Below are positions 42,677 through 57,355 of a stretch of 64,000 bases of DNA, piece after piece (position 1 is the first letter of the stretch; each line of letters starts with the position of its first letter). This stretch comes from Eledone cirrhosa (lineage: Eukaryota). The notes under the pieces are model-generated. The model did no database searches. It worked only from the letters and a program-made list of their open reading frames with translations, and had not been told where the DNA came from. The translations under genes and the position numbers were made by a program. The stretch spans positions 38,006,001 to 38,070,000 of the forward strand of contig OZ024752.1 in assembly GCA_964016885.1 (NCBI GenBank), in the 5' to 3' direction.

Positions 42677-43862
42677 AAAAAATGAAATTTCATTCCTTAC
42701 TCTTAGTACGGCTGATACTTAAATGTAAGTATGTATACGTACATACATATATGTATACAGACGTACATCATCATCATCATCATCATCATCATTTTACGTC
42801 CGCTTTTCCCTGCTTGCAAGGGTGTGACGGGAACTGATTCTGGCTTGATTTCTACAGCTGGATGCCCTTCCTAACACCAACCTCATTTACAGTGAGTGCT
42901 GGGTGCTTTTTTGCTGTGGCACCTCCACGACCACTTTGCAGTGGAATGATATGGACCCCAGTCCCTATCATCTCATTTCTACAGCTGAGTAAACTGGAGC
43001 AATGTGAAATAAAGTGTCTTGCTCAAGGAAACAACACATCACCCGGTCTGAGAATTGAACTCACAACTTTTCGATTGCAAGGCCAAGTAGTATGTATATA
43101 CATATACAGTAGTATGTATATACATACACATATTCACACATATATATATGTACGTATGGGTTTACCGAACATTTACTACAATGCTCAGTTTGTCTGTAAA
43201 CAAACAGCCCGAATTATTAGCCGTACATGGAGGCACATGGCTTAGTGGTTAGAGCATTGGCCTTGCAATCGAAAGGTTGTGAGTTCAATTCTCAGACCGG
43301 GTGATGTGTTGTTTCCTTGAGCAAGACACTTTATTTCACATTGCTCCAGTTTACTCAGCTGTAGAAATGAGATGATAGGGACTGGGGTCCATATCATTCC
43401 ACTGCAAAGTGGTCGTGGAGGTGCCACGGCAAAAAAGCACCCAGCACTCACTGTAAATGAGGTTGGTGTTAGGAAGGGCATCCAGCTGTAGAAATCAAGC
43501 CAGAATCAGTTCCCGTCCCACCCTTGCAAGCAGGGAAAAAGCGGACGTAAAATGAAATGATGATGATGATGATGATGATGACAGTGTTCGGAAACCATCA
43601 CTGCCCTATTTGTTCAACACTGACAAAGGAACAATGAACTAGTTTCTAGCTTAATAGCTGTCATCAGCACTGTATACCTTCCTGTCAGTTGACTGAACTT
43701 TTGAAAGTATATACTTTCCTTATGCATATTAACGGCAGAGCAGCCTAATTTGCATATCGAGTGAGTTAATCGGCCGGGCGTACCGAAAACGATAAATGGA
43801 AAAAATGAAATTTCATTTCTCATTCTTAGTACGGCTGATACTTAAATGTAAGTATCTATACG
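42675..43862 (-). mobile_element. Family G hammerhead repeat in partial tandem, interrupted by two SINE B copies (42767-43085 -, 43228-43581 +)
   Basis: Pieces colinear with 44453-44750; hammerhead 43631-43673 (-): ACAGTG-CTGATGA-CAGC..GCTA-GAAACTAGTT-CATTGT; terminal sequence repeated at 42675 and 43797. Confidence 0.75.
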
Positions 43863-43923
43863 TATATATATATGTATATATGTATGTATATATGTATGTA
43901 TACGTATATATATATACATATAT

Positions 43924-44046
<123 letters not shown>

Positions 44047-44343
44047 CATATATATATACATATATACATACATATATACATATATATATACATATATATA
44101 TACATATATATATACATATATATACATATATATACATATATATATACTTATATATATACATAGTAATAATAATAAATTTGAAGACTAAAATCCAAAGAGG
44201 GCTCGATAAGGATAAATATATATCAAATATATAAGAGCCGTAGAGCAAATATTTATCAAAATAACAGATTAAAGTTTAAGCAAAGAATCGCTGCTTTCAC
44301 CCTTAACTTTAATCTGTTATTTAAATAAATAAATATATATTTA

Positions 44344-44427
<84 letters not shown>

Positions 44428-44452
44428 CATACATACATATATATATATAAAC

Positions 44453-45008
44453 GGAAAAAATGAAACAAAATTTTATTTCCCACTCTTAGTACGGCTATTA
44501 CTTAAATATAAGTATGTACACGTACATACATATATGTATACAGACGTACACTAGTATGTATATATATATACATACATGCACACATATATATATGCACGTA
44601 TGGAATCACCGAACATTTATTATAATGCCCGGTGTGTTTGTAAACAAACATCTCGTATTAAGCCGTAGTGTCTAGCAACCATCGTTGCTCGTTTGTTCAA
44701 CACTGAGAAAGGAACGCTGTACTAGTTTCAAGCTCATTAGCTATCGTCAGAAAGGTATACCTGGCTGACGATAGCTAATAAGCTTGAAACTAGTACAGCG
44801 TTCCTTTGTCAGTGTTGAACAAACGAGCAACGATGGTTGCTAGACACTACGGCTTAATACGGGATGTTTGTTTACAAACACACCGAGCATTATAATAAAT
44901 GTTCGGTGAATCCATACGTGCATATATATATGTGTGCATGTATGTATATCTATATACATACTACTGTACGTCTGTATACATATATGTATGTACGTGTACA
45001 TACTTATA
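44453..45008. mobile_element. Family G fold-back insert
   Basis: Arms ~44510-44750 / 44765-45008, both starting at CTGACGA; GAAACTAGTA. Confidence 0.8.
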
Positions 45009-45461
45009 TATATATATATAAGCAAAAGGTATATTCCATTTGTTGGTAATTCAACAAATATAAATGTTTATAACTGATTCAGAGCACTCAACAGCTTTTC
45101 TGGAGTATAATATTCAATGATATTAAATAAATGGAAACTATATTTATAAAACCATATTTATTCTATTATATATATTTCAAGGGTACCAAAACTTTGGTAC
45201 GCTTTCATCATATATATATGTATATGTATGTATATATATATGTGTATGTATATATATATGTATGTATATATATATATATGTATGTATATGTGTATATATA
45301 TATATATGTATGTATATGTGTATATATGTATATATACATATATATATATATTTATTTAAATAACAGATTGAAGTTAAGGGTGAAAGCAGCGATTCTTTGC
45401 TTAAACTTTAATCTGTTATTTTGATAAATATTTGCTCTACGGCTCTTATATATTTGATATA

Positions 45462-45806
45462 ATGGAGGCATATGGCTTAGTGGTTAGAGCATTAGCTTTG
45501 CAATCGAAAGGTTGTGAGTTCAATTCTCAGACCGGGTGATGTGTTGTTTCCTTGAGCAAGACACTTTATTTCACATTGCTCCAGTTTACTCAGCTGTAGA
45601 AATGAGATGATAGGGACTGGGGTCTCTATCATTCCACTGCAAAGTGGTCGTGGAGGTGCCACGGCAAAAAAGCACCCAGCACTCACCGTAAATGAGGTTG
45701 GTGTTAGGAAGGGCATCCAGCTGTAGAAAACATGCCAGAATCAGTTCCCGTCACACCCTTGCAAGCAGGGAAAAGCGGATGTAAAATGAAATGATGATGG
45801 TGATGA
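45462..45806 (+). mobile_element. SINE family B (tail type 2)
   Basis: Family B body; tail cccgtc.cacccttgcaagcagggaaaagcgga. Confidence 0.85.
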
Positions 45807-46005
45807 ATGTATATATATAAAAGATGGTTAAAGAAGTTCCATACATTTTATTATGGGACAAAAATTGTGTTCTCATCAGATAAAATAAGGTAACATGATA
45901 TGAGGCCTAAAAACATGTATATACATGTATATATATACATATATATGTATATATATATACACATGTATATATACATATGTATATATATATATATGTATAT
46001 ATATA

Positions 46006-46176
46006 TCATCATCATCATCATCATTTTACGTCCGCTTTTCCCTGCTTGCAAGGGTGGGACGGGTCTTATTAAGCACAGCATCTCTCCACTCGTCACGGTC
46101 CCTCGTCATCTCCACCGTGAGCTTCAATGATCTGAACTCTGTTCTCACCACCTCCGCCCATGTTTTTCGTGGTCTA
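46006..46176 (-). mobile_element. RTE LINE 3' end (family 2)
   Basis: RPRKTWAEVVRTEFRSLKLTVEMTRDRDEWRDAV followed by cccgtcccacccttgcaagcagggaaaagcggacgtaaaa(tga)n. Confidence 0.8.
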
Positions 46177-46194
46177 CGTATATACGTATATATA

Positions 46195-46868
46195 TCATCA
46201 TCATCATCATCACCGTTTAACTTCCATGTTCCACGCTTGCATGGGTTTGGACGGGAGTTTTCCCACTTGAGGCAAGAGTGGTTGTCTTGCTCGCATCGGA
46301 CTGTCTGGCGGGTTTTCTACAGCTGGATGCCCTTCCTAACACCAACCACATTTACAGTGTGGGGCTGGGAGGTTTTTACCGTGTTGCCTACACGGCCACA
46401 TTACAGCGTGGACTGTGTGTTTTTTTGTCGTGACACCTACACGATCTCATTTGTTTCGGCCTGGATGTTGTGGCACCAACATAACTTTACATTGAAAGGG
46501 GCGGTGTGGATGGGGTGGGGGTGGTGGGACGGGGGTGTGTTTTGTTAGAGATGCCTACTGACTGTAGTAGGTTTTACTTTGTATTTCAGGTAAGGCGGGT
46601 CTTCTCTATTACTGAGTACCGCCAAAGATCTCGGTCCAGTAACATTGTCTTGGAGAGGTGTAAGTGTGTGAGGTCGGAATTTATCAGGTCGTCCCAGGTT
46701 TTTCTGGGTCTGCCTACTCCGTGGCTACCGTCTATCTTTATTGCCCTACACTTTTTTATACAGCTGTCGTCTTTCATGCGCATCACGTGACCATACCAAC
46801 GTAGCCTTCTCTCGACTAAACAACATCTGATCGCTCTTATTTCTAATTTTTCCCTTAGTTCGTTTATG
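46195..46868 (-). mobile_element. RTE LINE 3' fragment (family 1)
   Basis: [31 protein letters not shown], (GAT)n. Confidence 0.9.
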
Positions 46869-46994
46869 CTTATGTATATACATGTGTATATATATATATA
46901 TATATGTATGTACATGTATATATATATATATATACATGTATATGTATATACATGTATATATATATACATGTATATATATACGTATATACGTATG

Positions 46995-47272
46995 TCAGGT
47001 CACCACTTGGTGCTACTGGTAACATGTATCCCAGTACAACCTGTCTCATGGTCGGGTCGTTGGCGACTAAACTGGCAACCCCACCAAGGTTTCTTGGTGA
47101 GGAGGGTGACTTTGGACATCCTGCAGGACTAAAAACAAAACCTGTCAAAGGGCAAAGGAGCTCTTAAGAGTCAATGGCCATCCAAAATCACTGGGAGAGA
47201 TGACCCCTTAGCCTTTGTCAAGGCAGAATTCTAGGAGAAGGAAAACTCTGATATAACACCTGCAACCCTGAT
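46995..47272 (+). mobile_element. Possible RTE-type 5' UTR fragment
   Basis: CTAGGAGAAGGAAAACTCTGA motif, which I recall from RTE 5' UTRs; GC-rich island in (TA)n. Confidence 0.4.
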
Positions 47273-48489
47273 GGTATCCAATGATGTTGACTTGTTCTTC
47301 TTTTTGGTAAATATCATCTTGGTTAAGAGAGTGGGACTGGCTTTGTGCAGTGCCTTTGCTCACTATAAAAGCTTCACAGCACAGGCATTGCTTTATATCT
47401 GGAGATCTCTCTGCACTTGTCGTCACATGGTACCAAAGGCAAAGCACTATGTGTCAATAATTGTCACAAGTGTAGTGTTTGTACCAGAGTTTTCAAGTCG
47501 CTGGCTGGACTAAAAAGTCACACTCGTTCAGCGCATCGGTAGGGGTTCTCCTACATGAATATAAAGTAGTGGCCGTACTCGAAAACGAGTTGGCAGCCAC
47601 CATATATATACGTATATACATATATACATGTATATATATACATGTATATATATATACATGTATATATATATACATATACATATACATACATGTATATATA
47701 TATACATATACATATACATACGTATATATATATACGTATATATATATACGTATATACATGTATATATATATACGTATATACATGTATATATATATACATA
47801 TATATACGTATATACATGTATATATATATACATATATACATGTATATATATATACATATATATACGTATATACATGTATATATATATACATATATACATG
47901 TATATATATATACATGTATATATATATACATGTATATATATATACATGTATATATATATACATGTATATATATATACATGTATATATATATACATGTATA
48001 TATATATACATATACATATATATATATACATATACATATGTATATATATATATATACATGTATATATATATATATACATGTATATATATATATACATATA
48101 CATGTATATATATATACATATACATATACATGTATATATGATAATAATGATGGCTGCGCGTTGCAAATGGTGGTGCATATGAAAAAGTAAGTCCTTCATC
48201 AGTGACCCTCCAACCGTCCCAGGCATTTCATCGCTTTAAGGGCTATATGCCTCAGGTTGGTGCGAATACTTATACATATATATATATATACATATATATA
48301 TACATATACATATATATACATATATATGTATACATACATATACATATATATACATATATATGTATATATACATATACATATATATACATATATATGTATA
48401 TATACATATACATATATATGTATATATACATATACATGTATATATATACATATATATATATAGATATATATATACATATATATATATCA

Positions 48490-49546
48490 TAAGAGCGATT
48501 TGTTGGATGCTTTCCATTGTGTTTTTCACTAATTCCTGACTGTTCTCTAGTGGGGGTGTTTTAACTACGATGTTTATATCATCAACATAGCGGGAGTACA
48601 TTATCAGGGTTAAGGGGTCTTCTAATTGGTCTTTAAGTTTAAGTTTAAGTCTACTGTCCCACCATACCATGAATAAGTTAGCTATGTCGCCTGCAATGCT
48701 AACACCAATGGCTGCTCCTTCCTCTTGGGCATATGTTTTTCCATTAAATTTGAACATATGTTCCTTAAGGGTTAATTTTATGCTGGCCCCCACCGCATGT
48801 GCAATAATTTTCTTTAGTTCATCATGGTTTTCGGGTGTCCGTATGGCTCTGGTCCACCCGTTCCATCTATCTGTGTGGGTTTTCTTGGCCATTGAGGTAA
48901 TGGTAGGTGGTCTGCCTCTTGCTGGTCTTGTAGGGCACGGGTTGCTAAGGTCATATGTGTCTAGGTAATTATTACTATAGGTAAGTTTAAGTAGGAGTCC
49001 CAGCTCACCGGTATCAATCCCACGGAACTCAACATTGCTCTCACTGATCATTTCTACGCATTTCTCCACAGCAAAATCCACGTCAATAGATGGATACAGG
49101 GACACAACATCCATACTACCTATTATGCAGTTTGTTAGGTCCCTAGATCGGTTACTCTCGCCGATTCTGCTGAGGAGGTCCTCCGTGCTGTCACATACAT
49201 CTGGGGACATTTCAATGATGGGGCGTATGATCAGGGAGAGGAAGTAGGACAGTCTGTAGTTACTAGCAATGTTAGCTCCACAGACTGGCCGTGTTGGTGG
49301 TCCCGTGACAGGATCACTGCCTGTTTTATTGTCTTTTCGAAGCCCATACAACGCTGGCACGTCATTGTTCCAGGCCTGGAAGTTGTTGGCAGTCCTTTTG
49401 TTGGGCTGCATTATATTCGTCCACATCACCATATTGGCATTGAGGGCTTTTTCTCTATCCTCATGCTCTTGTGGTGTTACTTCTCTTGTGTTAGTGATGT
49501 GGGGTTGCATTGACTGGATGTAGTTTAGCAGACTGTCAACCGACAT
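48490..49546 (-). mobile_element. PLE reverse transcriptase, open frame (inverted segment)
   Basis: [58 protein letters not shown]; no stops over ~350 codons. Confidence 0.92.
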
Positions 49547-49549
49547 TCT

Positions 49550-50677
49550 GCCAGAGAGATAAAATCAGAGTGTATAGAGGAGCGACCTGCCCCTTGTATA
49601 GGAGCAAATTTTGGAATAGAATAGAAAGAACTAGGAATAAGGCTAATAGAATAAACTCATGGTATGATAGCAATAAATACCAGAGTGTAATGTTCATCGA
49701 TACAACCCCTAGAGGTGAATTAGCTTACAAATTTAGAAGGGCCCAAGATAAACATAAACTCAATATTAAGATAGTAGAAAGACCAGGTACCTCCGTAAAA
49801 ACACTTATTAGCAAGACATACCCTTTTCAAAGACCCCCCTGTATAGATAAGAAATGTATAACCTGAAAATTAAGCCCCCATATTAACTGTAAAACTAGAA
49901 ATGTAGTATATAGCATAAGATGTACTGAAGGAGAATGTAGAGACAAAAATATAGTGTACATAGGTGAGACAGCTCGTAGTGTAGGGGAACGGATAAACGA
50001 ACACTGGCGAGACCTTCAAGATAGTAAAGAATCATCTGTACTCTACCAACATGCTAAAATAAAACATAAGGGTAAATTAGAGAACATAGAAATAAAAATA
50101 GAATCTACACACAGAAAAGACGCAATGTTTAGACAAATCACAGAGGCAATAAACATAAAAGAATTACAACCAAAATTAAATAGAAAACATGAGTGGAACA
50201 GCAACATCACAACTTACAATTGAGGACAAAATGAAAACACACACGCACATAGAACAAACAAACAACCTGTAACATGTAAATAAACAAATAAATAAACGAA
50301 TACAAACACACACAAACACCCGGATGTGGCGCATGCGCAGACTGAGCACACAGCACACACACAGAAACAAGATGGCGTAGGACAGAACAAAGGAGAGGCA
50401 CAAAAATAAAGAAAAGAATCCCCAGTCACTGAAGAGGTCACAAAATGTGTGACGAAAGAACTTTGACATTATATAAACAACCATCTGGTTGTGGAACCAA
50501 CCAACCAACAGGAAATTTATAAATTCCTAAATTTATAAATTTATTATAATAAATTGAAGTGAAACAACTGGTGCGTGTGTTTCTTATTGGCAACATGACC
50601 CTCCCAAAGTATAACAATATCGGTTTCAACACACGTTTTCAGATAAAGAATCTTGCTAAACAAATTCAGAAACGAAA
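49550..50677 (+). mobile_element. PLE thumb/linker, GIY-YIG endonuclease (stop 50221-50223) and 3' UTR with hammerhead 50424-50468
   Basis: PLYRS..SVMFIDTTPRGELA..VERPG..PF..C..KCIT*..NCKTRNVVY..C..C..YIGETARS..RINEH..H..H..RQITEA..LNRKHEW; GTCA-CTGAAGA-GGTCACA..TGTGAC-GAAAGAACTT-TGAC. Confidence 0.9.
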
Positions 50678-50897
50678 TATATATATATATATATACATAT
50701 ATGAATATATATGTATATATATATATATGTATATACAGTATTTACGTATCGAGAAAGAGAGAAAAAAAGGGACGATAGGTAATACATATAGTTATTTGCC
50801 AAGTAGCGTATGGCAAAGGTGCTCGATACTAGTGCCGGCAGTATTAAATATTCGAAGTGTTAATATTTAGTGGGCTAGAGAGTTAGCAGAGCGTAAG

Positions 50898-51160
50898 CAC
50901 GTGGGAAAGTAAAAAATCGTAGAATAGACCGTTAAAACATGTTTATTTAAAACAGCACCGACGTACGTTTTACCCAATTGGGTTCTCAAGGGCATAAATA
51001 ATCAAAAGTGTTCCTTATATTGCTCGGAAAGAGTTTTGGGGGTTAAATCCACATCAAGGTTCATTGCTCGCAAAAATAGCTTGGGCGAAACGTACGTAGG
51101 TGCTGTTTTAAATAAACATGTTTTAACGGTCTATTCTCCGATTTTTTACTTTCCCACGTG
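50898..51160. repeat. ~78-bp inverted repeat with degenerate hammerhead 3' half
   Basis: Arms ~50898-50977 / 51081-51160; GGGCGAAACGTACGTAGGTGC with palindromic ACGTACGT. Confidence 0.7.
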
Positions 51161-51310
51161 TATATATGTATATATACATATATGTATATATACATGTATA
51201 TATATATATACACATGTATATATATACATATATTTATATATATATATTCATGTATATATATACATATATTTATATATATATATTCATATATATATATATA
51301 TATATTCATA

Positions 51311-51341
<31 letters not shown>

Positions 51342-52994
51342 CTAAATGTGTGTATGTATATACACATATGCTTTTATATATTTCTATATATTTTTATATA
51401 TTATTTTTCTTACTCTTTTATATTTTTTTTTCTCATGCATATTTTCCGTTGTTTTTCCAGCTCTTCCAACTTTTAACAGATCTAAATCTCATTTCATATT
51501 TTCTATTCATAATGTGTGATGAACGATCGAAACGTATATTAATATTGTCTAAGATCCCGAAATATTTGGTAATGGAGTAGTTATGTATTGTCTTTTTCAC
51601 TTTCTAGTTAAATATATAGATATATATTACATAAATTCTGTTATTTATATGTATAAATAAATAACACCGAAGGAAGGTAAGCAAGTTGGATGAAATTTCT
51701 GCGCCTCGACAAACCTTTACTATAGATATATATACATATATATACTATATAAATATAGTTATCTAAATATAGTTATATACTATATAAATATAGTTATATA
51801 TATATATATATATATAAATATGTATGTATATAAATACATATAGTAAAGGACAGGTGAAAAGATACGCGAGAAAAATTATCAGCCTACACTCTACCGGGCT
51901 TGAGACCATTTGGAGGTTTAGCTCGAGCGAGGCATGCTGATAGTTGTCTTGGTTTCATAACAGGAAATGAAAGAAATTGTCGTTTTCTTTCTTTCTTTTT
52001 TAGCCGCATCACCTGAAGTTTGTCTACCTGTCTCATTAAATAGAATTTAACTTGCAAAATGCTTTTCATATCAATTCTAGTATAAAACTTCGTTCGAATT
52101 TTGTGGGAGCATTTTTTGTTGTTTTTTTTCTTCTTTTTGCTGTGATGGTGGGGTCGCATTACTTTACACTTCATTCCCCCGGAGTTGATAACTTTACGTA
52201 TGTCATATATATATATACTCAAATTTAACTAAATCGTCTACATACAAAATATGTGTGGCCTTGTACCAATTTAAGAAATACGATACAGATCGATTTCTTT
52301 TCACTTTTATTTATTTATTTTTGTTTGTGGGGGTGCGTATTACTAGTATTTATTTTACCATTCAACATTATAGATAGATGTAAAAAAAAAAAAAAGCAAA
52401 CAAAAAAACGGCGAATTGGCAGTCGATATAGATTAAAAATGCCCCGATGTTTGATCCAGTTCACTGCTTCCAGTGTTTAAATCCCGTTAAGGTCAACTTC
52501 GCCTATTATCCTTTCAAAAACGATAAACAAAGTACAGATTCCACACTGGGATCGATTCTTTCTCTCTTTGGAAGGAATCGGCTATATTCAGACCTGGAAA
52601 TGTATGGGCTCCGCCATGTTTTAAAAAGGCCAAGAAGCAGCCTCCCCACCACCATCACGAGTTAAGGCCCCTTATCCCATAGTTGAAACAAATAGAATTA
52701 ACACAGAAAGATTTGAACTAATAAAAACAGACAATGAGACAAAATTGAGGTGATGGACAGTATAAAGGTATTTAGTCGGCCGCTCTACCATTTCTTTTCT
52801 TTTTTTTTTTGAGAACGGAAGTAAAGTTACAATTTTGGCTAGGAAAAAGGTCACAGGAAAGTATCACATTTAATTTATATACCATAAAAATGATAGTTCA
52901 AGTCATTAATAGCTGTGTGGTTAGGGAGTTTAGTTAGTAACTACATGGTTCTGGGTTCAATCCTGCTGTGTAGCATCTTGGATAATATATATAT

Positions 52995-53658
52995 ATTTCG
53001 TTTCTGAATTTGTTTAGCAAGATTCTTTATCTGAAAACGTGTGTTGAAACCGATATTGTTATGCTTTGGGAGGGTCATGTTGCCAATAAGAAACACACGC
53101 ACCAGTTGTTTTCACTTCAATTTATTATAAATTAAAGAATTTATAAATTTCCGGTTGGTTGGTTGGTTCCACAACCGGACGGTTGTTCATATATTGTCAA
53201 AGTTCTTTCGTCACACATTCTGTGACCTCTTCAGTGACTGGGGATTCTTTTCTTTGAATAGAAAACATGAATGGAATAGCAACATCACAACTTACAAATA
53301 AGGACAAAATGAAACACACATAGAACAAACAACCAACCAGTAACATGTAAATAAATAAATAAACAAATATAAACACACAGAGACACCCGGATGTAACACA
53401 TGCGCAAACTAAGCACACAACACACACAAAAACAAGATGGCGTAGGACAGAACAAAGGAGAGGCACAAAAACGAAGAAAAAAATCCCCAGTCACTGAATG
53501 TGTGACGAAAGAACTTTGTCAATATATGAACAACCGTCCGGTTGTGGAACCAACAAACCGGAAATTTATAAATTCTTAAATTTATAATAAATTGGAGTGA
53601 AAGCTTCTGGTACGTGTGTTTCTTATTGGCAACATGACCCTCCCAAAGCATAACAATA
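52995..53658. mobile_element. PLE pLTR fold-back (same family as 49550-50677)
   Basis: Minus arm 52995-53254 with hammerhead 53196-53238; plus arm 53256-53658 begins in the last GIY-YIG codons (NRKHEW) and has a deleted core. Confidence 0.85.
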
Positions 53659-54510
53659 TATATATATATATATATATACATATACTCTACTACCCAAAGT
53701 ATTGAGTTCTTATCATCATCATCATCATCATTTAACGTCCATCTTCCACGCTTGCATGGGTTTGGACGGGAGGTTTCCCACTTGAGGCAAGATTTGTTGT
53801 CCTGCTCGTATAGGACTGTCTGGCGGGTTTTCTACGGCTAGATGCCCTTCCTAATACCAACCACGTTTACAGTGTGGACTGGGAGGTTTTGACCGTCTTA
53901 TATATAGAGAGATATAGATAGATATTATGTAGTTTGGCAGTATCAGTAGAGGGTTGGACAACATGCTTTGCAGCACAGAGTTCTGCCCCTTTCTGATCTG
54001 AGTTCAAATCCTGCTGAGGTCAACTTTGCCTTTCATCCTTACGGGGTCGATAAAATAAAGTACCAGTAATGCACTGAGATAATTGCTGGCCTTGTGCCAA
54101 AAGTAGAAACAATTATATATATATATATAGAGAGAGAGAGATATATAGATAGATAGATATTATATATATATAGATATAAAGGAATGATCGACTTTCGTCA
54201 AATCGGACCGAGGGAACAATGTTTCCGTTGGTCTTTCCAATTGCTAATACTATCTATCGGTCGCAACTCCAGGTAGAAGGATCAACGTGAAATAAAGTGT
54301 CTTGCTCAAGGACATAACGCATTGCCTGGTCCAGGAATCGAACACACATAGATATATAGATAGATATTAAATATATATATATATTATAAATATATATAGA
54401 GAGAGATAGATATTATAAATATATATATAGAGAGATAGATATTATATATATATATATTATAAATATATATATAGAGAGATAGATATTATATATATATATT
54501 ATATATATAT

Positions 54511-54833
54511 CATTTCATTTTACGTTCGCTTTTCCCTGCTTGCAAGGGTGGGACGGGAACTGATTCTGGCTTGATTTCTACAGCTGGATGCCCTTCCTAA
54601 CACCAACCTTCTTTACAGTGAGTGCTGGGTGCTTTTTTGCCGTGGCACCTCTACGACCACTTTCCGGCGGAATGATATTGACCCCAGTCCCTATCATCTC
54701 ATTTTTACAGCTGAGTAAACTGGAGCAATGTGAAATAAAGTGTCTTGCTCAAGGAAACAACACATCACCCGGTCTGAGAATTGAACTCACAACCTTTCGA
54801 TTGCAAGGCCAATGCTCTAGCCATGTGCCTCCA
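54511..54833 (-). mobile_element. SINE family B (tail type 2)
   Basis: Family B motifs. Confidence 0.85.
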
Positions 54834-54877
54834 TATATATTATATATATTATATGTATATATATATATATATATTAT

Positions 54878-55447
54878 TGGCAGTATCGGTAGAGGGTCGG
54901 ACGCCATGCTTTGACACATAGAGTTAAGGCCCTTGCCATTCTGAGTTCAAATCCCGCTGAGGTTAACTTTGCCTTTCATCCTTACGGGGTCGATAAAATA
55001 AGTACCATTAATCATCATCATCATCATCGTCGTTTAACGTCCATGTTCCACGCTTGCATGGGTTTGGACGGGAGTTTTCCCGCTTGAGGCAAGAGTGGTT
55101 GTCTTGCTCGCATAGAACTGTCTGGCGGGTTTTCTACAGCTGGATGCCCTTCCTAACACCAACCACATTTACAGTGTGGGGCTGGGAGGTTTTTACCGTG
55201 TTGCCTACACGGCCACATTACAGCGTGGACTGTTTGTTTTTTTTGTCGTGACACCTACACGATCTCATTTGTTTCGGCCTGGATGTTGTGGCACCAACAT
55301 AACTTTACATTGAAAGGGGCGGTGTGGATGGGGTGGGGATGGTGGGACGGGGGTGTATTTTGTTAGAGATGCCTACTGACTGTAGTAGGTTTTACTTTGT
55401 AATCTACTGGGTAATTGCTGGCCTTGTGCCAAAAGTAGATACAATTA
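54878..55447. mobile_element. SINE A (+) split by an RTE family 1 3' UTR insertion (55012-55401, -)
   Basis: SINE stops at aagtacca and resumes actgggtaattgctggcc after the RTE piece. Confidence 0.8.
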
Positions 55448-55547
55448 TATATATATATTATATATATATATTATTAAAATACAAATATTAATAAAATAGA
55501 TGTTCTTTTGATCAATTAAATTATATATATAGAGAGAGAGAGAGAGA

Positions 55548-55885
55548 GAGGCACATGGCTTAGTGGTTAGAGCATTGGCCTTGCAATCGAAAGGTTGTGA
55601 GTTCAATTCTCAGACCGGTTGATGTGTTGTTTCCTTGAGCAAGACACTTTATTTCACATTGCTCCAGTTTACTCAGCTGTAGAAATGAGATGATAGGGGC
55701 TGGGGTCCCTATCATTCCACTGCAAAGTGGTCGTGGAGGTGCCACGGCAAAAAAGCACCCAGCACTCACTGTAAATGAGGTTGGTGTTAGGAAGGGCATC
55801 CAGCTGTAGAAATCAAGCCAGAATCAGTTCCCGTCCCACCCTTGCAAGCAGGGAAAAGTGGACGTAAAAATGAAATGATGATGAA
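55548..55885 (+). mobile_element. SINE family B (tail type 2)
   Basis: Family B motifs. Confidence 0.85.
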
Positions 55886-55887
55886 TG

Positions 55888-56729
<842 letters not shown>

Positions 56730-57158
56730 GACTTGACTATATGAACAACTGTTACCTAAAATTCATTCACCAAAATCAAATCATGTCAGTGTTTATATTC
56801 ATACAAGTCCTGTTCAAGCTAAACATAACCATTCTTATCTGATTGCTGGAACCAAGACATATAATATAGTTGTTTCTACTTTTGGCACAAGACCAGCAAT
56901 TACCCAGTTCATTACTGGTACTTTATTTTATCGACCCCGTAAGGATGAAAGGAAAAGTTAACCTCAACGGGATTTGACCTCAGACCATAAAGGGACGTAA
57001 CTATGCTGGAAAGCATGGCGTCCGACTCTCTACCGATACTGCCAATAATATAGTATGTAAATGAGACTCACAAACTTCCATCTGAATAAGACTCTGATGT
57101 TTGTAATGGGGAAATATAAGCTATATGAGTCAGAAAGAACTACATGTGTCTGCTTTAA

Positions 57159-57355
57159 CCCTTTAGCATTTGCATTATTCTATATTTACTATTGTATTTT
57201 CATGGTAAACACTTTATCTCATATAATTATCTCACATAATATCAAATCTACGAGATTTTAATATTATTTATTTTGAGAACAATACCTTAAGATATGTATG
57301 AGCAGCTGGTTTTGGCCGGTTTGAACAGAATATGGCTGGTTTAAATGCTAAAGGG
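57159..57355 (-). mobile_element. piggyBac-like MITE, internally deleted
   Basis: TTAA|CCCTTTAGCATTT...AAATGCTAAAGGG|TTAA. Confidence 0.85.

Noticed and set aside
42862-43245. Recurrent 79-aa ORF MPFLTPTSFTVSAG...
   Set aside because: Antisense reading of SINE B
43228-43305. tRNA gene (A/B boxes, Cys-like GCA loop)
   Set aside because: SINE head continuing into CORE-like body; no proper acceptor stem; multi-copy
45845-45890. Family D hammerhead copy
   Set aside because: GAAA and helix III deleted; non-functional remnant
48140-48270. Minus-strand CTGATGAAGG in a TA-flanked island
   Set aside because: No downstream GAAA or helix II partner
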